Shown here piece after piece: positions 38,226 to 46,499 of a DNA stretch of 64,000 nt. Numbering within the stretch: the first letter of the stretch is position 1; every line of letters starts with the position of its first letter. The position numbers were made by a program, and so were the translations under genes. The stretch is from Eubacteriales bacterium (GTDB lineage Bacteria; Bacillota; Clostridia; Oscillospirales; UBA644), in NCBI GenBank assembly GCA_045543655.1, contig JAZPXN010000027.1, positions 64,710 to 128,709 of the forward strand, in the 5' to 3' direction. The notes under the pieces are model-generated. The model made no database searches. It was not told the origin of the DNA and saw nothing but the letters and a program-made list of their open reading frames with translations.

Positions 38226-38254
38226 ATTATAGCAGATATGGGAATCGCTGTCAA
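38226..38254 (-). promoter_or_regulatory. Sigma-A promoter of the lipoprotein pair
   Basis: Read on the - strand: TTGACA (38254-38249), 17 nt, TGCTATAAT (-10 at 38231-38226). Confidence 0.65.
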
Positions 38255-38258
38255 GGTC

Positions 38259-38287
38259 TTGCATAATCCGCGGAAATATGTTATAAT
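38259..38287 (+). promoter_or_regulatory. Sigma-A promoter of the MFS-GH2 operon
   Basis: TTGCAT (38259-38264), 17 nt, TGTTATAAT (-10 at 38282-38287). Divergent from the lipoprotein promoter. Confidence 0.65.
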
Positions 38288-38317
38288 AGAAAGTAGTCTT
38301 TACAAGAGGAGGATTCT

Positions 38318-39610
38318 ATGAAAAAGAACAGCCGTGCTAAGTTTTTTGCGGCGCTGACGGTCTTCAGCCTGACGGGGCAGATCGCCTGGGTCGTGGAAAA
38401 TATGTATTTTAACGTATTTATTTACAAGATGTTCCACGCCTCGGCGGAAGAGATCTCCTGGATGGTCTCGGCCTCGGCGGTGGCGGCAACGGTGACCACC
38501 CTTTTGATCGGGGCACTGTCGGATAAGCTGGGCAAGCGGAAGATCTTCATCTGCGGCGGATATATCCTTTGGGGCATCTCGATTCTGGCCTTTTGCCTGG
38601 TGCGGGAGGATATCATCGGGGTACTGTTCCCCATGGCGGCCACGGCTTCGGCGGTGGGGGTCACGCTGACGGTAATCCTCGACTGCGTGATGACCTTCTT
38701 CGGTTCCTCGGCCAACGACGCCTGCTTCAACGCCTGGCTGACCGACGTGACCGACGACAGCAACCGGGGTGCGGCGGAAGGGATCAACGCCATGATGCCG
38801 CTGGTGGCGATTTTGGCGGTCTTCGGCGGATTTATGGGCTTCGACCTGAACAAGGCCGAAAGCTGGACGTCCATTTTCCTGATCATCGGCATTGCGGTGA
38901 TCGTCATCGGCGTTGCGGGCTTTTTCCTGATCAAGGATCCGGTGATCCAGACCGACGGAAACCGGAATTATTTCAAAAATATCTTTTACGGCTTCCGGCC
39001 GAAGGTGATTGCGGAAAACAGAATTCTGTATCTCTGTCTGATCGCCTTTGCCATCTTCGGCATTTCCATTCAGATCTTCATGCCCTATCTGATTCTGTAT
39101 TATACGGTGTCCCTGCAGATGGAAAACTACGTGTTTATCATGGCACCGGCCATCGTACTGGCGGCGGTGTTCACAGCGCTTTGGGGGCGGGTGTACGATA
39201 AGATCGGCTTCCGGCGTGCGGTGGTGCCGTCGATTGCTTTGCTGGGGGCGGGATACGTGATTCTGTTCTTCTTCCGGCATACGGCGCTAGTCTTCGTGGG
39301 ATCGCTTTTGATGATGTGCGGCTATCTTTCGGGCATGGCGGTCTTCGGTGCGGTCATCCGGGACAGAACGCCGGAAAACCGGTCGGGGATGTTCCAGGGG
39401 CTTCGGATCGTGGGGCAGGTGCTGATTCCCGGCATCGTGGGCCCGGCCATCGGATCGACTGTGCTGAAAAATGCGGAAACGGTGCTGAACGACGACGGAA
39501 CCACCTCCTTTATTCCCAACGAAAATATTTTCCTTGCGGCCCTGGCGGCGGCAACGGTGCTGGCGATTTATCTGGTCTTTTTGGTCAGAATGATGAGAAA
39601 GAAGAAATAA
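38318..39610 (+). CDS. MFS transporter (probable glycoside/oligosaccharide importer)
   Basis: Polytopic membrane protein. AGGAGG lies before the ATG. The GH2 gene starts 2 nt after its stop. Confidence 0.8.
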   Translation: MKKNSRAKFFAALTVFSLTGQIAWVVENMYFNVFIYKMFHASAEEISWMVSASAVAATVTTLLIGALSDKLGKRKIFICGGYILWGISILAFCLVREDIIGVLFPMAATASAVGVTLTVILDCVMTFFGSSANDACFNAWLTDVTDDSNRGAAEGINAMMPLVAILAVFGGFMGFDLNKAESWTSIFLIIGIAVIVIGVAGFFLIKDPVIQTDGNRNYFKNIFYGFRPKVIAENRILYLCLIAFAIFGISIQIFMPYLILYYTVSLQMENYVFIMAPAIVLAAVFTALWGRVYDKIGFRRAVVPSIALLGAGYVILFFFRHTALVFVGSLLMMCGYLSGMAVFGAVIRDRTPENRSGMFQGLRIVGQVLIPGIVGPAIGSTVLKNAETVLNDDGTTSFIPNENIFLAALAAATVLAIYLVFLVRMMRKKK

Positions 39611-39611
39611 G

Positions 39612-41303
39612 ATGAAGGATCAATTCGTAACGTTATATACCGACGAGGGAGAATCCCTGACGGGACAGCCCTGGAATATTTACCCCCGACCCCAGATGAA
39701 GCGGGATTCCTTTTATTGCCTGAACGGGGAATGGGATTTTCAGACAAAGGGCGGCAAATGGGAGAAGATCACCGTGCCCTTTCCACCGGAATCGATCCTT
39801 TCCGGCATCGGACGGAGTATGGGAAAGCGTCCCCGGGTGCAATATAAGAAGCGCTTTTCTCTGCCGGAGGGGTTCTTGAAGGACCGGGTGCTTCTGCATT
39901 TCGGCGCAGTGGACCAATACGCGGAAATTGAACTCAACGGAACCCCCGTCGGAATCCACGAGGGAGGCTATCACGCCTTTTCCTTTGACGTGACCGACGC
40001 TCTGCGGGACGAAAACGAGCTGACCGTTTGGGTGGAAGACGATACGCAAAGCCGCCGCCTCCCCTACGGCAAGCAGCGGTACGACCGGGGCGGAATGTGG
40101 TATACCCCCGTGACCGGCATCTGGCAGACGGTGTGGATGGAAAGCGTGCCGGAAAACCATATTGAAGCGTTGACCATCGAGGTAGGGGCGGATTTTGCGG
40201 AAATTACCGCAGTAGGCGTCTCTGACGGTACCGTGACGGTACAAACGCCGGAAGGAGAAATCTCGGCGAAACTGGACGGCGGCGTTGCCTCGGTAGACCT
40301 GGGGAATCCCCGGCTTTGGTCACCGGAGGACCCCTATTTATACGAATTTAAAATCAATGCGGGCAAGGATGAAGTCTTCTCCTACTTTGCATTGCGGACG
40401 CTGGAGATCAAAAAAGTAGAAGGTCTGCCCCGGCTTTGTCTCAACGGAAAGCCTTATTTCTTCCACGGACTTCTGGATCAGGGATATTACAGCGACGGCA
40501 TCTACACCCCCGCGTCACCGGCGAATTATACCCGGGATATCGCGGAGATGAAGGCGCTGGGCTTCAATACGCTGCGCAAGCACATTAAAATCGAGCCGGA
40601 GCATTTTTATTACGAATGCGATCGGCTGGGAATGATCGTTTCCCAGGATATGGTCAATAACGGCGACTATTCTTTTCTGCGGGATACGGCCCTGCCGACG
40701 ATCGGGGTCAAAAATCTGCCGGACCGTCTGCTGCACCGGGATCCGGCCACGCGGAAGGCCTTTGAATCGTCCGTGGCTGCCACGGTGGAGCAATTGTACA
40801 ATCATCCCTGCATCTGCTATTGGACCGTCTTTAACGAGGGCTGGGGGCAGTTTGAGGCCGACCGGGCCTACGAACGGCTGAAGGCGCTGGACGAAACCCG
40901 ATTCATTGACGCCACCTCCGGATGGTTTCGACAACAAGAGAGTGACGTGGAAAGTCTGCACGTATATTTCAAGCCGGTAAAGATCCGGGCAGGCGACCGA
41001 CCGGTGGTCTTATCGGAATTCGGCGGATATTCCTATCAGCCCGAAGGCCATATCTTCCATCCGGGAAAGCCTTACGGTTATCGCTTTTTCGAGGATCGGC
41101 AGAAATTCGAGGACGCCCTTGTGGAGCTTTACGAAAAAGAGATCGTCCCCGCCGTGTCGAAGGGGCTTTGCGGCGCGGTATACACCCAGGTTTCCGACGT
41201 AGAAGACGAGACCAACGGCCTTTTATCCTACGACCGGAAGGTGCTGAAGGTCTCCCCCGACCGGATGCTTGCGATTGCGGAAAAGTTGAAAATAACGGAA
41301 TAA
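39612..41303 (+). CDS. Glycoside hydrolase family 2 (beta-galactosidase/beta-glucuronidase-like)
   Basis: GH2 sugar-binding segment (ELNGTPVGIHEGGYHAFSFDVTD), TIM-barrel region (NTLRKHIK) and acid/base motif WTVFNEGWG. Confidence 0.85.
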   Translation: MKDQFVTLYTDEGESLTGQPWNIYPRPQMKRDSFYCLNGEWDFQTKGGKWEKITVPFPPESILSGIGRSMGKRPRVQYKKRFSLPEGFLKDRVLLHFGAVDQYAEIELNGTPVGIHEGGYHAFSFDVTDALRDENELTVWVEDDTQSRRLPYGKQRYDRGGMWYTPVTGIWQTVWMESVPENHIEALTIEVGADFAEITAVGVSDGTVTVQTPEGEISAKLDGGVASVDLGNPRLWSPEDPYLYEFKINAGKDEVFSYFALRTLEIKKVEGLPRLCLNGKPYFFHGLLDQGYYSDGIYTPASPANYTRDIAEMKALGFNTLRKHIKIEPEHFYYECDRLGMIVSQDMVNNGDYSFLRDTALPTIGVKNLPDRLLHRDPATRKAFESSVAATVEQLYNHPCICYWTVFNEGWGQFEADRAYERLKALDETRFIDATSGWFRQQESDVESLHVYFKPVKIRAGDRPVVLSEFGGYSYQPEGHIFHPGKPYGYRFFEDRQKFEDALVELYEKEIVPAVSKGLCGAVYTQVSDVEDETNGLLSYDRKVLKVSPDRMLAIAEKLKITE

Positions 41304-41305
41304 CG

Positions 41306-41339
41306 AAAAACGTCCCCCTTCCGATTTGGAAGGGGGACG
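41306..41339. terminator. Hairpin terminator between convergent genes
   Basis: CGTCCCCCTTCC (41311-41322) / GGAAGGGGGACG (41328-41339), a 12-bp perfect stem. The T-run is on the - strand side. Confidence 0.75.
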
Positions 41340-41397
41340 AAGCTTACGACGCAAAAAGCGTGTTCATACCGCGCTTTGAGCTCTTATTCAAAAGACG

Positions 41398-42129
41398 TCA
41401 ATAAACGTCAACGCCGTCAATCACAACGTTGATCTGGGTGTTGGGAAGCTGACACTTGTTGCCCCAAACGTTGGTCCCGAGCGCAGAACCGGCAACGCTG
41501 CCGTATGCGGCATTGAAATCACCAGCGCCGGGAACGGTCTGAGCAAAACCGTTTACGGTGGTGTTCTTAATAATTACGTCATAGGTGCGGATGGGGGTGT
41601 AAGTGTTGGTAATTTCGATGGCAGCCTTCCCGGTAACGGTATCGTTGCCGTTGTCGTTGAATACGCAATCGGTAATATTTACAGTCTGATGGGTCGTTCC
41701 GTTATCCAGAACATTGGCGTAAACGAGCAGGGCCTTACCGTCACAGTTGAAGGTACAACCGGTAAAGGATGCGGTGCCGGCGCCCCAGGTCCAAAGGTTG
41801 TAGTTATTCCCGGAAACGTTGAAGGTGCAGTTATTGAACTCACAGGAATAATCAAGTCCGAGAGTTCCTTCGATGACGCAGTTGTTAAATACGGTATTCT
41901 TAGCATCTGCAAAACCGTAGTTATAGCCGGTACCGGCGGTGCTCTTAATGGTAACGCCTTCGAAGGTAATTTCAGAACCGTTGATATAGGTCAGTCCGTT
42001 AGACACGTCGATGACGGTACCGGGGGTGCCGACAATGGTAACCTTCTTGTTCTTCGCAGCATCGGGAACCTTGAAGGTACCCGCACCGAGGGCGATGGTG
42101 CTGTTTCCGGCCGCAAGAGCATCGGCAAA
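41398..42129 (-). CDS. Beta-helix repeat segment; in-frame continuation of ORF 42130-43461 across a single TAA (interrupted gene or split product)
   Basis: Same reading frame as the upstream ORF. All 41 codons between the TAA (42132-42130) and the listed GTG at 42006 are open. There is no SD, ATG or signal peptide of its own. Contains parallel beta-helix-like repeats (NNCVIEG, NNCTFNVSG, TGCTFNCDG, ITDCVFNDNG). Confidence 0.5.
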   Translation of the reverse strand, partial: FADALAAGNSTIALGAGTFKVPDAAKNKKVTIVGTPGTVIDVSNGLTYINGSEITFEGVTIKSTAGTGYNYGFADAKNTVFNNCVIEGTLGLDYSCEFNNCTFNVSGNNYNLWTWGAGTASFTGCTFNCDGKALLVYANVLDNGTTHQTVNITDCVFNDNGNDTVTGKAAIEITNTYTPIRTYDVIIKNTTVNGFAQTVPGAGDFNAAYGSVAGSALGTNVWGNKCQLPNTQINVVIDGVDVY

Positions 42130-43461
42130 TTAAGTGTTGTTGGAGGTAGCGGGAACGACGTTCCAGACTTCTCCGTTCTTTTCAGCCTTGTACCCCTCGG
42201 CAACCCACGTGGTGGGATTAAAGCCGAAGGTTCCGCCCTTGATCAAAACCGTCCCGGTGCCGAGAATACCGGAAGTATAACCGGATCTGGTGGAAGCCTT
42301 GCCGAAGGTCCCGCCGTTGACGGTCACGGTAGTGCCTGCCCCGGCGTAGATGTAGGCGCGCTTCTGATTCTGAGTCTTATTGAAATCGAAGTTGCCGCCG
42401 TTGATGACGAGGTTGGAGCCTTCCCCTTCAAGATAGAAAAGGTAACGGCCGGAGGTGCTCGTAGAATCGACCTCAACGCTACCGCTGTTGAATACGACGG
42501 ATGCGCCGTCGGTAACACCGATTCCGCCGCCGCCGGAGGACACGGTTACGTCATTATAAACCGTCACGGCCTCCTTGCCGTTGGTGACGTTGGAATAGGT
42601 TCCAGCGGTCCCGGCATTGACCGTAACGTCGTTCAATTCGGCCTTGCCATTGTTCGTGAGGCCGCGGTCGTCAACGTCAATCGTCCCGTCGTTGATCACG
42701 AGATTCCCGTTGTTGGTCACGCTGTTCTTGATGGATTCATCGCCGGCGTTGATCGTAACGTTCGCATTTTCGGAAATATCAACGCTGCCGTTCCGATCGG
42801 CGTCCATTTCATAAACGCCGCCGAAGGCGAAAATAGCGTCGGCAATGGAAGCGTCCTTATCGTACTGATCGTCAATGGAGTCGGATTCCTTGGTATACTG
42901 GGTGGCGTAAACGACGATGGAGACGTTTTCCACCTTCAGGTCCTGGTATTCGTTTCCGGCAGCGGGGTCCATAACGCCGAGAATCGAAATAACACCGGAA
43001 TCTTCACCGGGATTGAGGGGCTTTTCCTTGGTATAGGCGGCCCAAGCATCCAGGTCGCCAATCTCCGTTGTATTACCGTCCTTGGTGACGGAAACGGTGA
43101 AATCAATGGCCTCCAGAAGCTTCACGTCGCCGGAAAGACCGTTGATGAAGACCTGATACTTCAACGCCAGAGTTCCGTTGTTGACAATCTTAAAGTCTTC
43201 CAGCTTGTAACGGCAGCCGGGCTCCCAAAGAATCTTATCGTTTTCGCGACCGTCGATCGCCTCAAACTTCAAAGACTTGCCCTGCAGCGAGTTGTCCCGG
43301 GCATCAACGAGATCTACGTCCAGAGTACCGGACTGGATGGTATTGACGCCGGTGGTTACGGAGTCGGTAAACCACGCAAAGGTGGTGCCGACCAGCATCG
43401 AAACGCAAAGCAACAAAGAAAGAACGCTTGCGAACAACGCTTTTTTCGTGTGTTTGTTCAT
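42130..43461 (-). CDS. Secreted TasA/camelysin-like (peptidase M73-type N-domain) protein with SipW-type signal peptide and beta-helix repeats
   Basis: N-terminus MNKHTKKALFASVLSLLLCVSMLVGTTFAWFTDS followed by NTIQSGTLDVDLV (TasA/CalY-type). AGGAGG lies before the ATG at 43461. It ends at an in-frame TAA. Confidence 0.8.
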   Translation of the reverse strand: MNKHTKKALFASVLSLLLCVSMLVGTTFAWFTDSVTTGVNTIQSGTLDVDLVDARDNSLQGKSLKFEAIDGRENDKILWEPGCRYKLEDFKIVNNGTLALKYQVFINGLSGDVKLLEAIDFTVSVTKDGNTTEIGDLDAWAAYTKEKPLNPGEDSGVISILGVMDPAAGNEYQDLKVENVSIVVYATQYTKESDSIDDQYDKDASIADAIFAFGGVYEMDADRNGSVDISENANVTINAGDESIKNSVTNNGNLVINDGTIDVDDRGLTNNGKAELNDVTVNAGTAGTYSNVTNGKEAVTVYNDVTVSSGGGGIGVTDGASVVFNSGSVEVDSTSTSGRYLFYLEGEGSNLVINGGNFDFNKTQNQKRAYIYAGAGTTVTVNGGTFGKASTRSGYTSGILGTGTVLIKGGTFGFNPTTWVAEGYKAEKNGEVWNVVPATSNNT

Positions 43462-43491
43462 GATTCATCCTCCTAACGGATATATTATTCT

Positions 43492-43794
43492 TTCGCAGAG
43501 GTATGAACTCTGCGGGAGCATATTGTATCACATTTTCAGGAAAAATGCAACAAAAAAAGAGTGGAAAAAGAGAAAAATCACAAAAATGTTGCATTTTCAC
43601 ACATTTACCCTTTGATATGATGAAATAATATTCAAAACTTTCCGTAATACGCCGCCCGCTTGCCGCCAAAATACCCCGAGAAAACTCAGCATTTTAATGG
43701 AAAAGGTAAGGTTAATCGCCGTCAAAATTCTTCGTCAATGTACAAATGAAGCATTGACGTTAACGTGCTTTTCGTAAATTCATACCTCTGCGAA
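43492..43794. repeat. Intergenic segment bracketed by a perfect 16-bp inverted repeat (candidate invertible promoter element)
   Basis: TTCGCAGAGGTATGAA (43492-43507) and its reverse complement TTCATACCTCTGCGAA (43779-43794), separated by 271 bp. Confidence 0.6.
43522..43550 (-). promoter_or_regulatory. Sigma-A promoter of the TasA-like gene, located inside the IR-flanked segment
   Basis: Read on the - strand: TTGCAT (43550-43545), 17 nt, TGATACAAT (-10 at 43527-43522). It points at the ATG at 43461. Confidence 0.6.
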
Positions 43795-43822
43795 TTTTTT
43801 TTATACGGAAAGCAATTGAGAT

Positions 43823-43860
43823 GAAAAAAAACGAGGCACGCTCTGTGAAGAGCGTGCCTT
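43823..43860 (-). terminator. Terminator after the NhaC-family gene
   Basis: AGGCACGCTCT / AGAGCGTGCCT stem, followed by T8 on the - strand. Confidence 0.85.
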
Positions 43861-43885
43861 TTGCAGGATTCGTTTTTTCGTCGGA

Positions 43886-45589
43886 TCAGTCCTTCTTGCG
43901 GTTGGCGAGGAAGGTGAGAAGCCACAGAACGGCAAACATCAGAACCAGGCTGACGCCGAGGACGACCCAGACGTTCTGGACGAAGCCGGCCAGCAGATAG
44001 CCGACCAGGGAAACACCGGCCACGGTCATGGCGTAGGGCAGCTGGGTGGAGACGTGGGTGACGTGGTCGCACTGGCCGCCGGTGGACGACATGATGGTGG
44101 TATCGGAAATGGGGGAGCAATGGTCACCGCAGACGGCGCCGGCAAGGCAGGCAGAGATGCAGATGATGACCAGAGAAGGAATGGAACCGGCATCGGCAAC
44201 GGAGGCCAATTCGGTCTCAAACACGCCGGTAACGATGGGGATGAGGATCCCGAAGGTCCCCCAAGAGGTACCGGTAGCAAAGGCAAGCAGGACGGCCACG
44301 AGGAAGAGGATGGCAGGCAGCAGGATACGGATAGCGGTGAACTGTTCCACCACACCGGCAACGTAGGTGCTGGCACCGAGAAGACCGGTCATGCTCTTCA
44401 GCCCCCAGGCGAAGGTGAGAATCAGAATGGCGGGAACCATCTGCTTAAAGCCTTCGGGGATGGCAGACATACAATCCTTGAAGGAAAGAACGCCGCGGCA
44501 GAGGAAATAAATCACGTTGAGAATCAGAGCGGCGATAGATCCGAGGGCAAGGCCGTAAGAGGCGTCGCAATTAGCAAAGGCATCGATCAGGGTGGTGCCG
44601 TCGCCGGCAAAAAGTCCGCCGGAATAAACCATACCGAGAACGCAGAAAACGATCAGGATCACGACGGGGAGGATCAGATCGATAACCTTCCCCTTTTCGT
44701 TGATCTTTTCATTGGGATTGACGCTGACTTCGGGCTTACGGCCGGAGATCAGGTCGCCTTCGTTCATAGCCTTCAGCTCGTGCTTGCGCATGGGGCCGTA
44801 GTCCTTGCCGGAAAGAGCGATAAACAGAACCATGGCCAGGGTCAGCAGAGCGTAGAGGTTATAGGGGATGGTGCGCATAAACAGGGCGATTCCGTTGATA
44901 TCGGCGCCGTTGGCGTCCTGCACGGTGCCGCTGACGGCAGCAGCCCAGGAAGAAATGGGAGCAATGATACAAATGGGAGCGGCGGTGGCGTCGATGAGAT
45001 ACGACAGCTTCGCACGGGAAATGCGGTGCTTGTCGGTCAAGGGACGCATAACGCTACCGACGGTAAGGCAGTTGAAATAGTCGTCAACGAAGATCAGAAC
45101 GCCGAGAGCAAAGGTGGAAAGCGCGGCGCCCTTGCGGGATTTGATCCGCTTTGCAGCCCATTCGCCGTAAGCGCGGCTTCCGCCGGCCCGGTTCATCATC
45201 ACGACGATAATGCCGAGGACCACGAGGAAGATGAGAATTCCCACGTTGTAGGGATCGGACAGATTGGCGATCAGGCCGTCGTTGAGGATGGCGTTGAAGG
45301 CCTTTTCACCGTCGAATCCGGAGCCGGAGATCCCGTACAGAATCCCGCCGGAGACGATGCCGATAAAGAGCGAGGAATAAGCTTCTTTGGTGATAAGGGC
45401 CAATGCGATGGCGATAACGGGGGGCAGAAGGGCGAGGGCGGTTTCGTTGAACATACTCGCATACTCTGCGGTTTCTTCGGCGACGGCAGCTCCCTCGGCC
45501 ACTTCATCGGCGGAGAAGGTCAGGGTAAAGGCTCCGACGATGGCGAGACACAGCAGCAGGATCCCGAAGATACGGGTCAGTTTTTTCAT
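43886..45589 (-). CDS. NhaC-family transporter (Na+/H+ antiporter family; probable lysine-related transporter given its L-box leader)
   Basis: Polytopic NhaC-like protein. ATG at 45589 follows GGAGGG. A lysine-riboswitch-like leader precedes it. Confidence 0.8.
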   Translation of the reverse strand: MKKLTRIFGILLLCLAIVGAFTLTFSADEVAEGAAVAEETAEYASMFNETALALLPPVIAIALALITKEAYSSLFIGIVSGGILYGISGSGFDGEKAFNAILNDGLIANLSDPYNVGILIFLVVLGIIVVMMNRAGGSRAYGEWAAKRIKSRKGAALSTFALGVLIFVDDYFNCLTVGSVMRPLTDKHRISRAKLSYLIDATAAPICIIAPISSWAAAVSGTVQDANGADINGIALFMRTIPYNLYALLTLAMVLFIALSGKDYGPMRKHELKAMNEGDLISGRKPEVSVNPNEKINEKGKVIDLILPVVILIVFCVLGMVYSGGLFAGDGTTLIDAFANCDASYGLALGSIAALILNVIYFLCRGVLSFKDCMSAIPEGFKQMVPAILILTFAWGLKSMTGLLGASTYVAGVVEQFTAIRILLPAILFLVAVLLAFATGTSWGTFGILIPIVTGVFETELASVADAGSIPSLVIICISACLAGAVCGDHCSPISDTTIMSSTGGQCDHVTHVSTQLPYAMTVAGVSLVGYLLAGFVQNVWVVLGVSLVLMFAVLWLLTFLANRKKD

Positions 45590-45607
45590 GGTGTTCCCTC
45601 CAAAAAT

Positions 45608-45649
45608 AATTTCAAAACAAAACGTGCCATGAAGTTGCTTCATGACACG
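45608..45649 (-). terminator. Leader terminator (expression platform of the lysine riboswitch)
   Basis: Read on the - strand: GTGTCATGAAG-CAA-CTTCATGGCAC followed by GTTTTGTTTT. It lies between the aptamer and the start codon. Confidence 0.7.
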
Positions 45650-45668
45650 GAAATTTTGCAAAAATCAT

Positions 45669-45820
45669 GATAGCGCTCCACGGATTCGTGACAGTACGGG
45701 GCATATTCTGCACCGTCCCGGCCGCGGCTGAAAGGCTCTCACCGCAACCTCGGCGATCGATCTCAATTCCGCACCCGCCTCGGGCTTTTGACCGGAATCG
45801 GTAAGGACCGCACCTCTATC
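45669..45820 (-). promoter_or_regulatory. Lysine riboswitch (L-box) aptamer
   Basis: The - strand reads GATAGAGGTGCG...GCCGAGG...CTGTCAC...TGGAGCGCTATC. The P1 arms are GATAG/CTATC and conserved L-box core elements are present. Length about 150 nt. Confidence 0.7.
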
Positions 45821-45852
45821 TTCGGCATATTCTGTTTTCTACAGTATACATG

Positions 45853-45881
45853 AAACGGAAGCCGATGTCAAGAAGATTCGG
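45853..45881 (-). promoter_or_regulatory. Sigma-A promoter of the L-box/NhaC transcript
   Basis: Read on the - strand: TTGACA (45881-45876), 17 nt, TATACT (45858-45853). Confidence 0.6.
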
Positions 45882-45922
45882 GGGATTATAACACTTTTTT
45901 CACATTTTCAAGGCCGCAACCG

Positions 45923-45951
45923 TTGCTTTTTCCGAAAAAATGTGTTATAAT
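45923..45951 (+). promoter_or_regulatory. Sigma-A promoter of ybaK
   Basis: TTGCTT (45923-45928), 17 nt, TGTTATAAT (-10 at 45946-45951). Confidence 0.55.
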
Positions 45952-45971
45952 GGGGCAAAGGACGTGATACG

Positions 45972-46454
45972 ATGACCAAAACCAACGCCATGCGGATGCT
46001 GGACAAGGCGAAAATTTCATACGAGCCCAAGGAATATATTCCCGACGAAAACGATTTGAGCGGGGTGCATATCGCCCAACAGATCGGCCTTCCGGCGGGG
46101 CAATGCTCCAAGACCATCGTGACGAGGGGCGACAAGACCGGGCCCGTGGTATTCTGCATTCCCGCAGACCGCTCCATCGACCTGAAAAAAGCCGCAAAGG
46201 TCACGGGAAACAAGAAGGTAGAGCCCCTGCACGTGAAGGATCTTCCGGGGCTGACCGGCTACGTCCGGGGGGCCTGCTCTCCCCTGGGGATGAAGAAAAA
46301 ATTCCCCACCTATATCGACGAAGCCTGCCGGAATTACGAGAAGATCACCGTCAGTGCCGGGATCAAGGGCTGTCAGCTGTTGATCAAAAGTGACGAGATC
46401 GTCGCCTGCGTGGGCGCCACCGTCTGCGATCTTACGGCGGAAAAAGAGGATTAA
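45972..46454 (+). CDS. ybaK: Cys-tRNA(Pro)/Cys-tRNA(Cys) deacylase
   Basis: KTNAMRMLDKAKISYE N-terminus and YbaK/EbsC-like length (160 aa). Confidence 0.85.
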   Translation: MTKTNAMRMLDKAKISYEPKEYIPDENDLSGVHIAQQIGLPAGQCSKTIVTRGDKTGPVVFCIPADRSIDLKKAAKVTGNKKVEPLHVKDLPGLTGYVRGACSPLGMKKKFPTYIDEACRNYEKITVSAGIKGCQLLIKSDEIVACVGATVCDLTAEKED

Positions 46455-46458
46455 CCCC

Positions 46459-46487
46459 TTGACAAATATATAAAAGCGTGCTATAAT
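46459..46487 (+). promoter_or_regulatory. Sigma-A promoter of the ileS T-box leader
   Basis: TTGACA (46459-46464), 17 nt, TGCTATAAT (-10 at 46482-46487). Confidence 0.7.
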
Positions 46488-46499
46488 ATAGAATATATA

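Noticed and set aside
43543-43594. 10-bp inverted repeat AAAATGCAAC / GTTGCATTTT inside the IR-flanked segment, giving a second TTGCAT on the + strand that might be an oppositely oriented promoter.
   Set aside because: On the + strand the best -10-like hexamer (TATGAT) is 21 nt from TTGCAT, which is too far for a sigma-A promoter. It is noted only as a possible hairpin or operator overlapping the real -35.
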